A stretch of DNA of 64,000 nucleotides from Thermoproteota archaeon (GTDB lineage: Archaea; Thermoproteota; Thermoprotei; Thermofilales; B9-G17). Under the pieces are notes generated by a model. It saw nothing but the letters and a program-made list of their open reading frames with translations, was not told the origin of the DNA and ran no database searches. Where the stretch lies: positions 1-64,000 of the forward strand of contig JAPDJW010000010.1 in the NCBI GenBank assembly GCA_029258885.1, written 5' to 3'. Positions 51,090 to 60,462 of the stretch are shown piece after piece. Within the stretch, counting starts at the first letter, position 1, and each line of letters starts with the position of its first letter. Position numbers and translations under genes: made by a program.

Positions 51090-53069
51090 ATGCGTATTAG
51101 AATTTTAATCCTGGTAGCGATACTTCTGCTAGTTCTTCCTGCGGTAACTGTTATCTCAAAGCCTGTAGTAGAATGGACGAGAACATATAAATGTAATGAA
51201 GGATATTTATTGAAATTCTCCTCAATTGCTATAACAAGCAAACACATATACATAATTGGGACGTTAAAAGACTCAGCGACTGGAAAATATAATATGTACC
51301 TAATTGTAACTGATCATCAAGGTAACCTAAGGAATAAAATAAAAATAGGCATAGAGGGGGCTCGTGGATACGATGTAAAGGCGGAGGAAATAGATGGAGA
51401 CGAATATGTCTATATAGCAGGATACCACTATACGGGAGGGAAATATTCACAGTTAGTAATTGCATATAAAAACTTAGGAGTATTGTGGATAAGGAAATGG
51501 TATAAACCAACAGGAGCATATGAATCCGCATTCGGTATGGTAATTCATGGAGATAAAATATATGTAGTGGGTGAAAGATACGAGTCCCAATACAGGGCGG
51601 TGCTAACTTGCCTAAGGAAAAGCGATGGTAAAATACTATGGATGAAGGATTGGACGAAGGATAAAGGAGTATTTTTCTGGATGAGCAGGATAACTATGTA
51701 CAATAATGAAATATATCTTTTTGGAGGATTAGAAAAGGTGGATAGACTAGCACTTGTAGTACTTAAGTATAGTCTCGATGGAGATCTATTATCGGTAAAT
51801 GAGTATGATTCAGGGGAGAAAAGTGGAACATACGTTAGGGGCGTAGCTATATATAATGATAACATCTACGTGGCTGGAGAGGTATGGAAGAATTTTGAAA
51901 ACACAGCGGTTCTATGGAAGTTTGATACAAATCTAAACAAGATATGGGAGGGAACGTACGGAGAAACGGGAGCATTTAATTGGTTTACGGATATTGTGAT
52001 ATTTAAAGAACACATATACGCGATAAGGAATGTAGAGCACTGGAAAGCTGACGAGTCAAAAATAATAGTTTCGAAGTTCGATTTGAATGGAAACCAGAAG
52101 TGGATGAAAGAATACCATGGAAGCGTAGTACTGGGATTTAGACTTGAGGTGTATGGGAATAGAATATACCTATGCGGTGTCGAAGGACCATCTCTTAAAA
52201 ATACGTTAGACATGGAGTTATTGCTGATGAGTATAGGCGATTACTTTAATCTAAAGGTAGAGACTCTTAAACCGGATTGTTGGATAGCCGTGGATGGGGA
52301 TAGAAAGCCGGGTCCGGTAGCGGAATACGAGCTATTAATAGGGGAGCATGAATTACAGGTAGCATCGGAAGTTGTTGAGGATGGAGTAAAATACGTTTTT
52401 AAGGAGTGGAGCGATGGAGCGACGGAAAATCCGAGGACTATAGATTTAGTTCAGGACATGGAGCTTGGGACAATATATGATCTACAGTATATGGTAGAGG
52501 TTGAAACAGAGTATAGTACTGCGAGTGGTGGAGGATGGTATAATGAGGGAGAAACAGCGACTATAAGTATAGCTGAAACCCAAGTTGAGCATGGAAATGG
52601 CACGAGGAGAGTATTTGAGGGATGGAGCTCTGATGGAGCAATAGTATCAACCCAAGGAACGTACAGCTTTACGGTAACGGAGCCACGACTATATATGGCG
52701 GAGTGGAAGACGCAATACTATGTAACGGCAGCAACACAGTATTCAACGGCATCAGGTGAAGGATGGTACGATAAAGATAGTGTGGCAGTAGTAGCTGTAG
52801 CTCAAACGGTAATTCAGGGAATACCATATAACAAGGTATTCAAGGGATGGAGGGATGAAACAGGAGCAATAGTATCAACTCAGCAAACGTACAGCGTAGT
52901 TGTAGATAAACCTAAAACGTTAACAGCAGTATGGGAGGAAGAATTAAACATAATGGTTATAGGAGCAGTAGGTATAGGAGTGCTGGCATTAGCCATAATA
53001 GTTGTCCTGCTTAAAAGGAGAAAGCCAAGTCCACCAACCTATCCTCCACCTCCCCCACCTCCACCCTAA
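51090..53069 (+). CDS. Surface protein: beta-propeller, InlB B-repeat-like domains, TM, polyproline tail
   Basis: Signal peptide; repeated IYVAG/LWK.D..GN..W blades; GGGWYNEGETA, FEGWSSDG, GEGWYDKDS; TM; KRRKPSPPTYPPPPPPPP. Confidence 0.8.
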   Translation: MRIRILILVAILLLVLPAVTVISKPVVEWTRTYKCNEGYLLKFSSIAITSKHIYIIGTLKDSATGKYNMYLIVTDHQGNLRNKIKIGIEGARGYDVKAEEIDGDEYVYIAGYHYTGGKYSQLVIAYKNLGVLWIRKWYKPTGAYESAFGMVIHGDKIYVVGERYESQYRAVLTCLRKSDGKILWMKDWTKDKGVFFWMSRITMYNNEIYLFGGLEKVDRLALVVLKYSLDGDLLSVNEYDSGEKSGTYVRGVAIYNDNIYVAGEVWKNFENTAVLWKFDTNLNKIWEGTYGETGAFNWFTDIVIFKEHIYAIRNVEHWKADESKIIVSKFDLNGNQKWMKEYHGSVVLGFRLEVYGNRIYLCGVEGPSLKNTLDMELLLMSIGDYFNLKVETLKPDCWIAVDGDRKPGPVAEYELLIGEHELQVASEVVEDGVKYVFKEWSDGATENPRTIDLVQDMELGTIYDLQYMVEVETEYSTASGGGWYNEGETATISIAETQVEHGNGTRRVFEGWSSDGAIVSTQGTYSFTVTEPRLYMAEWKTQYYVTAATQYSTASGEGWYDKDSVAVVAVAQTVIQGIPYNKVFKGWRDETGAIVSTQQTYSVVVDKPKTLTAVWEEELNIMVIGAVGIGVLALAIIVVLLKRRKPSPPTYPPPPPPPP

Positions 53070-53196
53070 AATAAATCCTTTTTATTTAATATCATTAATC
53101 CTAGGCTAAAGTATTAAATTATAAATCTGTTGTTTTCCAATTTTAGCTGATAGAATACCTTAACATATTTAAGGTATTAAGCGAAGATACAATGCA

Positions 53197-53373
53197 ATGA
53201 AGACTAATGTATCTACAGGAAAAAGATACGTCTGCCTTAAGGTTATTATTCTAATACTGTTCGTTATCCTAGCTATCATAGGATTAGAGAAGGACTATAA
53301 ACTAGTTAGATCCTTTGTCCAAATAATATGCAGAGCATGTATAGGTCTTATACAAGCCATACTGTACATATAG
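53197..53373 (+). CDS. Small membrane protein with CXXC motif (CD1871A-like), below the ORF-track cutoff
   Basis: My translation: MKTNVSTGKRYVCLKVIILILFVILAIIGLEKDYKLVRSFVQIICRACIGLIQAILYI*. It ends 10 nt before the 4Fe-4S membrane protein gene. Confidence 0.75.
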   Translation: MKTNVSTGKRYVCLKVIILILFVILAIIGLEKDYKLVRSFVQIICRACIGLIQAILYI

Positions 53374-53382
53374 TGGTGAGGC

Positions 53383-54171
53383 ATGAAGAAAGTTAATATA
53401 AATAATCGGCGGCTGAGAAGCATAGTTCAGTTCCTAAGCTTTGTAATACATAACCTAGGATTCAACATGGCTTTAAAGACTGGTATCATAACTCCCGCCC
53501 TATATTGCTATGGCTGTCCACTAGCGTTCTTCGCCTGCCCCTTCGGAACTTTACAGCACTTCATATCATTATCGAGATTCTCGCCCTACTTAGCAGGTTC
53601 AATAGGAGCATACTCCATGTTTGCTGGAAGGTTCTACTGTGGATGGATCTGTCCCTTCGGGGCATTCCAAGACCTAGTTAGAGGAGTCGGCAAAAGGATA
53701 GGAATAAAAGGGTTTAAGGTTAGATACCTCATATTACCTCCGCTTATCGTCTTAGCGTTAGCCCTGCTTCTAGCCTATATTTACGAGGACACCGTATTCT
53801 GTAGAGCCTGTCCGTCTGGAACGCTCTTTGCAACTATACCCTATCATCTCCTAAATCCAGGTGAAAATCCATCAGTCTACTTCTACTTACATGTATTATC
53901 GCTAGCGACAGTAGTGATTCTAACGTTATCCATCGATAGATTCTGGTGTAGATACCTATGTCCAATAGGAATAATATACGGACTATTCAATAAACTCAGC
54001 CTAATTAAGGTTAAGGTAGATGAAAACCTATGTAGCAGATGCGGCATATGTCTAAAATCATGTCCTATGGGAATATCCTCGATAAAGGATATAGGTTCCT
54101 CTCCGGGATGTATACTCTGCCTCGAATGTATGAGAAAATGTCCCACAAAGGCCATTAAGCTGAGATTGTAG
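53383..54171 (+). CDS. Membrane 4Fe-4S binding protein (NapH/MauN-like)
   Basis: CYGCP...CPFG, GRFYCGWICPFG, FCRACPSG, RFWCRYLCPIG, CSRCGICLKSCP, CILCLECMRKCP. Confidence 0.9.
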   Translation: MKKVNINNRRLRSIVQFLSFVIHNLGFNMALKTGIITPALYCYGCPLAFFACPFGTLQHFISLSRFSPYLAGSIGAYSMFAGRFYCGWICPFGAFQDLVRGVGKRIGIKGFKVRYLILPPLIVLALALLLAYIYEDTVFCRACPSGTLFATIPYHLLNPGENPSVYFYLHVLSLATVVILTLSIDRFWCRYLCPIGIIYGLFNKLSLIKVKVDENLCSRCGICLKSCPMGISSIKDIGSSPGCILCLECMRKCPTKAIKLRL

Positions 54172-54269
54172 CATTCGATGTCGCATAGGATATTTTAGCA
54201 TCAAGAGGCGTTATTTCATTAACATGAACTTATAAGTCTCTGAGGCGTCAATATATCGGTGTATGATGT

Positions 54270-55634
54270 ATGTCTAGTGATATTATTGGAAGATTGGAGG
54301 CATTTATTCTGGATAAGATATCGGAGACTAGGATGCCTAGCGTAGCTATAGCTCTAGTTAAAGGCTCTGAGATAATATACTCTAGGGGGTTCGGCTTCAG
54401 GGACGTTAATTTAGGTCTGCCCTCAACACCGAACACGCTATATGGAATAGGTTCCGTAACGAAATCCTTTACAGCGCTGGCAATAATGCAGCTTGAGGAA
54501 GAGGATAGATTAAGCGTGGACGATCCAGTCGAGAAATACTTGCCAGTAAAGCTTAGGGTATTCGGTGAACCAGTTAAAATACATCACCTCCTTACACATT
54601 CATCTGGAATACCTGCACTCGCCTATGCTGAAGCCTTTATAAGGGGGTTCCTAGGCGATTCAGAGTCCTGGCTCCCGTTATCTAGGCCTGAGGATATAAC
54701 GATATTCATTAGGGATGCCGAGGATTGGGCCGTAGCAAGGCCCGGAGAAAGGTTCTTCTACCTTAATGAAGGCTACGTACTGCTTGGACGGATAATATCT
54801 AAGGTAACTGGAGTGAAGTACGAGGACTACGTAAGAGAAAAAATCCTAAAGCCGCTCGATATGAATAGAACATTCTTTGAAAGAGAAAAGGTGGAAAGCG
54901 ACCCCGATAAAGCGACACCATACGTCATAGAGGATGATAAGCTTATTCCAAGCCGATACCCATATGGAATAACATCGGATGGAGGGCTGATAAGCAACGT
55001 AATAGACCTATCGAAATACATAATCATGTACCTAAACAGAGGCGTATACAAGGATAACAGGGTAATCAGCGGTGAATACGTAGAGCGGATGGAGAGGCCC
55101 TACATAGAAGTGCCATTCAAGATATTTGGAGGGGAAAGCTATGGATACGGATGGATGATAACACCAGACTTCCACGGGAGAAAGCTGATTTCACATGGAG
55201 GATCAGTACTCGTCTATACAGCCTACGTAGGATACGTACCTGAGGATAAGATAGGCGTAGCAGTACTTGCGAATGGAAGCGGATACCCTTTATCCTACAT
55301 AGGGCTATACGCACTAACCCTAATGCTTGGACGTAAACCCGAGGAACTACCATTCATAAGGAGAGAGGAGATGCTGAAGAAGCTTGAGGGAACATACCAA
55401 GCATATAAGGGAACGATAAAAGCAGAAATAAAGAGGAGGGATGGATATCTCGTACTCGACTTCAAGGGCAAATACATGAGACACGATATACCATTATTCC
55501 CGGAAAAAATCGAGGATGAGACGGCAATATTCTACACAATAACAGGCGTAAGAAAAACACTAGCGGAATTCCACATTAGGAAGGACAAGATAGAACTATT
55601 GTACGAGCGATACAAACTTGTTAAAAACATTTAA
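54270..55634 (+). CDS. Serine hydrolase, beta-lactamase/S12 family (Pab87-like peptidase)
   Basis: SxxK (SVTK), YxN (YLN), HGG, C-terminal YQAYKG domain. Confidence 0.9.
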   Translation: MSSDIIGRLEAFILDKISETRMPSVAIALVKGSEIIYSRGFGFRDVNLGLPSTPNTLYGIGSVTKSFTALAIMQLEEEDRLSVDDPVEKYLPVKLRVFGEPVKIHHLLTHSSGIPALAYAEAFIRGFLGDSESWLPLSRPEDITIFIRDAEDWAVARPGERFFYLNEGYVLLGRIISKVTGVKYEDYVREKILKPLDMNRTFFEREKVESDPDKATPYVIEDDKLIPSRYPYGITSDGGLISNVIDLSKYIIMYLNRGVYKDNRVISGEYVERMERPYIEVPFKIFGGESYGYGWMITPDFHGRKLISHGGSVLVYTAYVGYVPEDKIGVAVLANGSGYPLSYIGLYALTLMLGRKPEELPFIRREEMLKKLEGTYQAYKGTIKAEIKRRDGYLVLDFKGKYMRHDIPLFPEKIEDETAIFYTITGVRKTLAEFHIRKDKIELLYERYKLVKNI

Positions 55635-55675
55635 GAAACAGAAACATATTTTCAACTAGTATCATTAATGTTTTC

Positions 55676-55723
55676 ATGATGATGCCCCTACTATCCGAAA
55701 GATGACGAAAAGTCCCAACGCTG
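55676..55723 (+). ncRNA. Box C/D methylation guide sRNA
   Basis: C ATGATGA, guide TGCCCTACTAT, D' CCGA, spacer AAG, C' ATGACGA, guide AAAGTCCCAACG, D CTGA; intergenic. Confidence 0.8.
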
Positions 55724-55812
55724 ATTCATACCGCCTTAATTAATTTAGAATAGGCCACTCCACTGGATCTTAGGCAGAGAAACGTATATATTATTCAAGA
55801 TATCTTGATATC

Positions 55813-56223
55813 TTGATGTCTAAGAAATCAATTTTTCTTAGAGGAATAGATGAGGATGTATATAGGGAAGTAAAGTTAAGAGCTGTTCTTCTCGGCGTAT
55901 CTGTATCTGAAATAGTTAATGCTGCATTAAGGGAGTGGCTTAAGAAACCCGTTATCGTGAAAGAAAAGAAGGATCCCTCCCGTGAAATAGCGGATTCCCT
56001 CGTGGAAAAGTACCTTAAAGAAGGTAAAAGAGGATATATCATAGTAATTGATGACGGAGCAAGAAGCCTTATATGTAGTAGCATAGAGGAAGCTATTGAA
56101 AAACTAAGGAATCTTTACGAAAAGGAGAAATTTTCAAAAGCCTTAATTAGGAAAATAGAGCCTAGAAAGGTCGAGTTCCTAGAAATAGGGGGAAGCCTCC
56201 TTGAAATTAAGAGAGGCTTATGA
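55813..56223 (+). CDS. Ribbon-helix-helix domain protein with DUF5678-like C-domain
   Basis: KSIFLRGIDEDVYREVK..A...GVSVSEIVNAALREWL; C-domain Y..G.YI.I.DG. Confidence 0.7.
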   Translation: MMSKKSIFLRGIDEDVYREVKLRAVLLGVSVSEIVNAALREWLKKPVIVKEKKDPSREIADSLVEKYLKEGKRGYIIVIDDGARSLICSSIEEAIEKLRNLYEKEKFSKALIRKIEPRKVEFLEIGGSLLEIKRGL

Positions 56224-56593
56224 TACATCGCTTCACCCCGCCTTTCCGAGAATAAGGGCAAAATTAATCAATCCCGTTTCCGGAGAGTTCGTAGAAACTG
56301 ATCTCTATATAGATACAGGATTTGAGGGAACAATTATCCTTACAAATAACGTAAGGGAAAATTTAAAGCTGGATTTAGCTATTCTCGACGAAGATATATA
56401 TGCATTTCATGCAGGCTACTTTCCATTAAGGATAATACCAGTAATAGTAATTCTTGAGATCGATAAAGTGTATAGGAGAATGATTAAGGCATACATACAT
56501 CCGTTTTCAAAGAGGAATCTCGTTGGGAGGGAGGTCATAAATAACCTAAATATGTGCTTAAGAGGACCTGAGAAAATACTGGAAATTTTCTAG
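56201..56593 (+). CDS. Clan AA (retropepsin-like) aspartic protease
   Basis: LYIDTGFEG catalytic motif and LVGREVI flap-like motif; overlaps the upstream gene. Confidence 0.85.
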   Translation: MKLREAYDTSLHPAFPRIRAKLINPVSGEFVETDLYIDTGFEGTIILTNNVRENLKLDLAILDEDIYAFHAGYFPLRIIPVIVILEIDKVYRRMIKAYIHPFSKRNLVGREVINNLNMCLRGPEKILEIF

Positions 56594-56706
56594 TAAGTAT
56601 GCGTCAGATAGCAGTATACGACATACGTGGAGTATTAGCTTACATCAAGTTTTCGAATATTTTCAACTTACCTCGCTGACTATTTTATTCGAATCTCAAA
56701 CCTTCA

Positions 56707-56739
56707 ATTTAGGCTCAACCTACGATTTAGGCTCAACCT
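56707..56739. repeat. Direct repeat ATTTAGGCTCAACCT x2 (18-bp period)
   Basis: Copies at 56707..56721 and 56725..56739, at the 3' end of the pseudogene. Confidence 0.85.
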
Positions 56740-57870
56740 CTAGGACGTTTTCCTCTAGTACAGCGAGTATTTTTCTTGCTTGCTAAATCGTGTAAGCCTA
56801 TCCTCAATTTGTCTTATCTCGGATCTAGGAACATAGTTTTTCCATTTAACCTCAGCAACCACCATGATCCTATTAAACGATTGAAGCGCAACATCTATGT
56901 CATAGTCCCGTTCAACGATTAGTCTTTTCCTCATGCCGAATAGCTTTGAAAATAGGTTTCTGAAAAACTGTTCAACATGAAGTGGAGTCTACTTGAAAAT
57001 ACGTTTCTAACATCCTCCACAGGGACTTCTAGTTCAGAGAATCCGTACTTGCTATCTAGATAAAAGTATAAATCTATGAGGGGTGATACGTGCCAGTAGT
57101 ATCTATATTTTCTATTGAATACGCTATTCTCTCAAGTAGACCTATATTACAGAGGTTGTAGGTAACTTTGGATAATACTTGAATCATCCTTCTCGATGAG
57201 CTTTCTCGAATAAAGGAAGGATGATATCTCGGTTGACTTCACCTTACCGCATGCTACAGCATTCAATATAGCGGCATAAGTCTTCCTTAACTCCCGTTCT
57301 TCCTCTCTAAATACTTCGCCTATCAGCCTCTCAATGGTATTTTTCTCTTCAACAAGAATTCTCGGTATTTCATCGTACACTCTACCCTTAATTATTGGAA
57401 TAATCCAAGGCTCTCTAATATAGACCGCAGAGTTGATGATTTCCTTCCCCCTTAATCTGTCTTTCAAAAACATAATAGCATCCCTTTCATCGATAATGTT
57501 CATTCTCAACTCCTCAAATAAGCCAAGTATAGGTGAACTCTCGCCCAATATTTTCCTAGAAAGCCATAGAGTAGATGTAATTAAAACTAAATCATGCCCA
57601 TAGGCTTGAAGGAAGTCGAGAAAATCTTCAGACAACCTATGAAACTCATCAATAACAACACGCCTCTCCTCTTCTCTTAACAGAAAATCCTTAAGGTAGT
57701 CATAGCTAATTTCTTTCATAGATGATAGCTCAATGATGCCCCCCATCCCATTTAACGTGAAAATAAGTATCCCAGCGAGTAAAATTTCTCACAAAAGCTT
57801 TTGCCACCTTGCGCCTACCATAAACTAAAATCCTATTATCAGCCCTTTTCCACGCCACAAATCAATAATA
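56720..57870 (-). pseudogene. Multiply frameshifted archaeal AAA ATPase-wHTH-PD-(D/E)xK nuclease gene
   Basis: Pieces in different frames: ILVYGRRKV(AK) (broken Walker A), VVIDEFHRL, YWHVSPLIDLYFYL, DIDVA...AEVKW, ...VLEVEPKS*. Boundaries approximate. Confidence 0.8.
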
Positions 57871-58066
57871 TATCTAATAAGTATATTCATAAGAAGTATA
57901 TTTCTAAATATACAATATAAAATTTATCTCCTAAATGTATAAAGATTATGATTTTTCTCCGCTATGTTAACCGTATTTCCAATATTTATCTACTATCTAT
58001 TAGCGGTTATATTTTGTAAGAATATAATGGTTAACAATCTACAATCTAATGTAACATCCTCATATA

Positions 58067-58275
58067 CAAAGATTTAGATATAAAGGAGCTATCATCTATG
58101 AGAGAGGATCTCTCATATCCCAGCCAAAGATATCCAATGCCTTGTATTTTCGCTGCATTTCTAGGTTAGCAATATATTCCTTGCTAGGCGTCTGATAATT
58201 AACAACACCGCTATATCCAGAAGGAATGTATATACTAGAAAGTGAACTAAGTTCAAAGATTTAGATATAAAGGAG
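58067..58275. repeat. Exact 22-bp direct repeat CAAAGATTTAGATATAAAGGAG
   Basis: Copies at 58067..58088 (intergenic) and 58254..58275 (inside the permease 3' end). Confidence 0.8.
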
Positions 58276-59615
58276 AGTTCCGCTGGACCAATTATTAACA
58301 GTATCATAATTAACGGAGATAATACTTCTGTTACAAACACCTTATACAACTTCTCAGTCTTCTTAGCTTTCGAAATAAACAATACATCTGATAACAAACT
58401 GAGAAGAGCTATACTTGGCAGTATTATGAGCGAACCAGCTAGTGCTAAGAACAGCTTGTAGAGTGGAGTGACAAAATACAGCGCTAATGGAACACTGAGG
58501 GCGGTTGCTACCATAGCCTCAAATAGCAGTGAATATAGCATAGAGGACACAGCTACAGACTCCAACAAGCTTCCCAAACTCACTCCAGCAAACTTATATA
58601 TCCACAACCTATCGACTATCATAGGCACTAAAACAGAGTTTACTTTTTTCACTGAAACCCATGGGGCCGCGAGAATAGCAAATAATATGAGCTTTTCACT
58701 TAACCCAAAGGCTATGGTTGGAACGGCTACTATGATGAGCGTTGAGACTAAGTCTTCAAGAAGGAACCTAAATAAACCTCCTTCTGCAACTAGCGCTACA
58801 TAACTCTCAGAAGCCATAATCCTCTTGACGCCTCCCAAAAACCTTAGCTTACTATATATCTCTAGAAAAATTCCCTCTTTCTCGAGATTAGGCCTACTTA
58901 GAGCTATAAAAAGTTTCTCGTAGTCGATGTATCTAGGTATGATAACTTTAGCAAGGTAACTAATTCCTACTAATGTCATCACCGCTAGCCCATTAGCTTC
59001 AAGAATTGTGAGAGTAGAACCATTTACTATAATGTTAGACAATAAATCCCATAGGGAAAAGTCAAAGACTCCATATCCATAGTGGAAGGCTAGTACCATT
59101 AGGCATGCAAGTATCTTAAGAGACAAGATCCTGAGCGGATGCACCACATTAAGCAGTGATATAAGTATCATTAAGATTAATACTAGTAGTTTAAGGCAGA
59201 GAAGGAAAATTCCTCCTAACACGGTTCTAGTAATATCCTGTACAAATAGTGAAGCTACAACAAAGAAATTGGTGAAAGTATAAAGCCCCAAAACAACGAG
59301 TTTAAGTAGCATTATATCGTATATCATACCTCTATCATTAATTATCTCTAACAGGTACATTTCTGGCTCAGAGAATACTACTTTAAGCATCCCCCTCCCA
59401 CCACATAGCACTATTGACATCACCAGAATAGCCATTACCGCAGAGAAGTGTTCTATGTTTAAGCTTACACTATTACACATATACACACTTAGGAGGAGAG
59501 TTAAAGTGGCATAGGCGTAAAAGTGTATTTTATCCTTTCTCGGTAGCCACACACCATTCCTATATTCAAAGAAGCAGTACAGTAGGTACATTTTAACGAG
59601 GGCTTTAGCCTTCAT
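58161..59615 (-). CDS. Putative ABC exporter permease
   Basis: About 12 TM helices; overlaps the ABC ATPase stop. Confidence 0.7.
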   Translation of the reverse strand: MKAKALVKMYLLYCFFEYRNGVWLPRKDKIHFYAYATLTLLLSVYMCNSVSLNIEHFSAVMAILVMSIVLCGGRGMLKVVFSEPEMYLLEIINDRGMIYDIMLLKLVVLGLYTFTNFFVVASLFVQDITRTVLGGIFLLCLKLLVLILMILISLLNVVHPLRILSLKILACLMVLAFHYGYGVFDFSLWDLLSNIIVNGSTLTILEANGLAVMTLVGISYLAKVIIPRYIDYEKLFIALSRPNLEKEGIFLEIYSKLRFLGGVKRIMASESYVALVAEGGLFRFLLEDLVSTLIIVAVPTIAFGLSEKLILFAILAAPWVSVKKVNSVLVPMIVDRLWIYKFAGVSLGSLLESVAVSSMLYSLLFEAMVATALSVPLALYFVTPLYKLFLALAGSLIILPSIALLSLLSDVLFISKAKKTEKLYKVFVTEVLSPLIMILLIIGPAELSFISKSLNLVHFLVYTFLLDIAVLLIIRRLARNILLT

Positions 59616-60303
59616 GGATGTACACCATAAGGTCGTTTAGCTTCACACTTATTTCATCTCTCCTATATATCCTAGAGATCTTGCCCCTATCAAGTATTAT
59701 TACCCTGTCATAGAGGTCTAAGGTATCCTTTACAATATGTGTAGCTAACAATACTGCATTACCGTTCGCTGATTTTTCCTCCAGTATTCTCTTCAACGAC
59801 TCAATGGATGAAGCATCAAGCCCCTCAAACGGCTCATCTAGTACTATCAACCTTGACTTCTTCGCTAAAACCGTTGCTAAAGCTAACTTTTTCCTAGTTC
59901 CCTTAGAGTAAGTGTATATTGGTCTATCTATATATGGATCAAGCCCAAACATGTATCCAAGACGCATGACATCCTCGGTCTTTATTCTTAATAGCGATGC
60001 CACAACATCTATGAAGTCTTTTCCAGTTAAGTAGGAAGGCATGTTAGGATTTTCAGGGAGATATGATATCATATATAAATCAGCTTCACTGAGATCTTCA
60101 AGGCTCTTCCCAAATACTTTTACACTACCTTTTGTTGGTTTCAATAAGCCAACAACAACTTTAAGCAACGTAGTTTTCCCAGAACCATTTGCTCCTATCA
60201 CTCCAACTATCTCGCCCTGATACACTTTAAAGCTGATATTTTTTAATGCCACTATTTGAGCAAACCTCTTCGAGAGATTGGAGATTTCTAGGACTACTTT
60301 CAT
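59605..60303 (-). CDS. ABC transporter ATP-binding protein
   Basis: GANGSGKTT, YSKGTR, LDEPF, H-loop ATH. Confidence 0.93.
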   Translation of the reverse strand: MKVVLEISNLSKRFAQIVALKNISFKVYQGEIVGVIGANGSGKTTLLKVVVGLLKPTKGSVKVFGKSLEDLSEADLYMISYLPENPNMPSYLTGKDFIDVVASLLRIKTEDVMRLGYMFGLDPYIDRPIYTYSKGTRKKLALATVLAKKSRLIVLDEPFEGLDASSIESLKRILEEKSANGNAVLLATHIVKDTLDLYDRVIILDRGKISRIYRRDEISVKLNDLMVYIHEG

Positions 60304-60462
60304 TTCCCTTTAATAATAACTTTAATTATAGTTATAAATAATTTGGTTGGATATTTTACTGTAAAAGACGAGGTATAATTAAGTCAGCTGAAGAGTATTA
60401 CTGAGAAGTTTAGAATAAATGTTTAGGAGGATTTTAAATAGCCTTTGTACTATTGTTTAACT

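Noticed and set aside
56598-56650. Minus-strand C/D-like layout ending in CTGA
   Set aside because: C box is mismatched (TTGATGT) and D'/C' are not recognisable.
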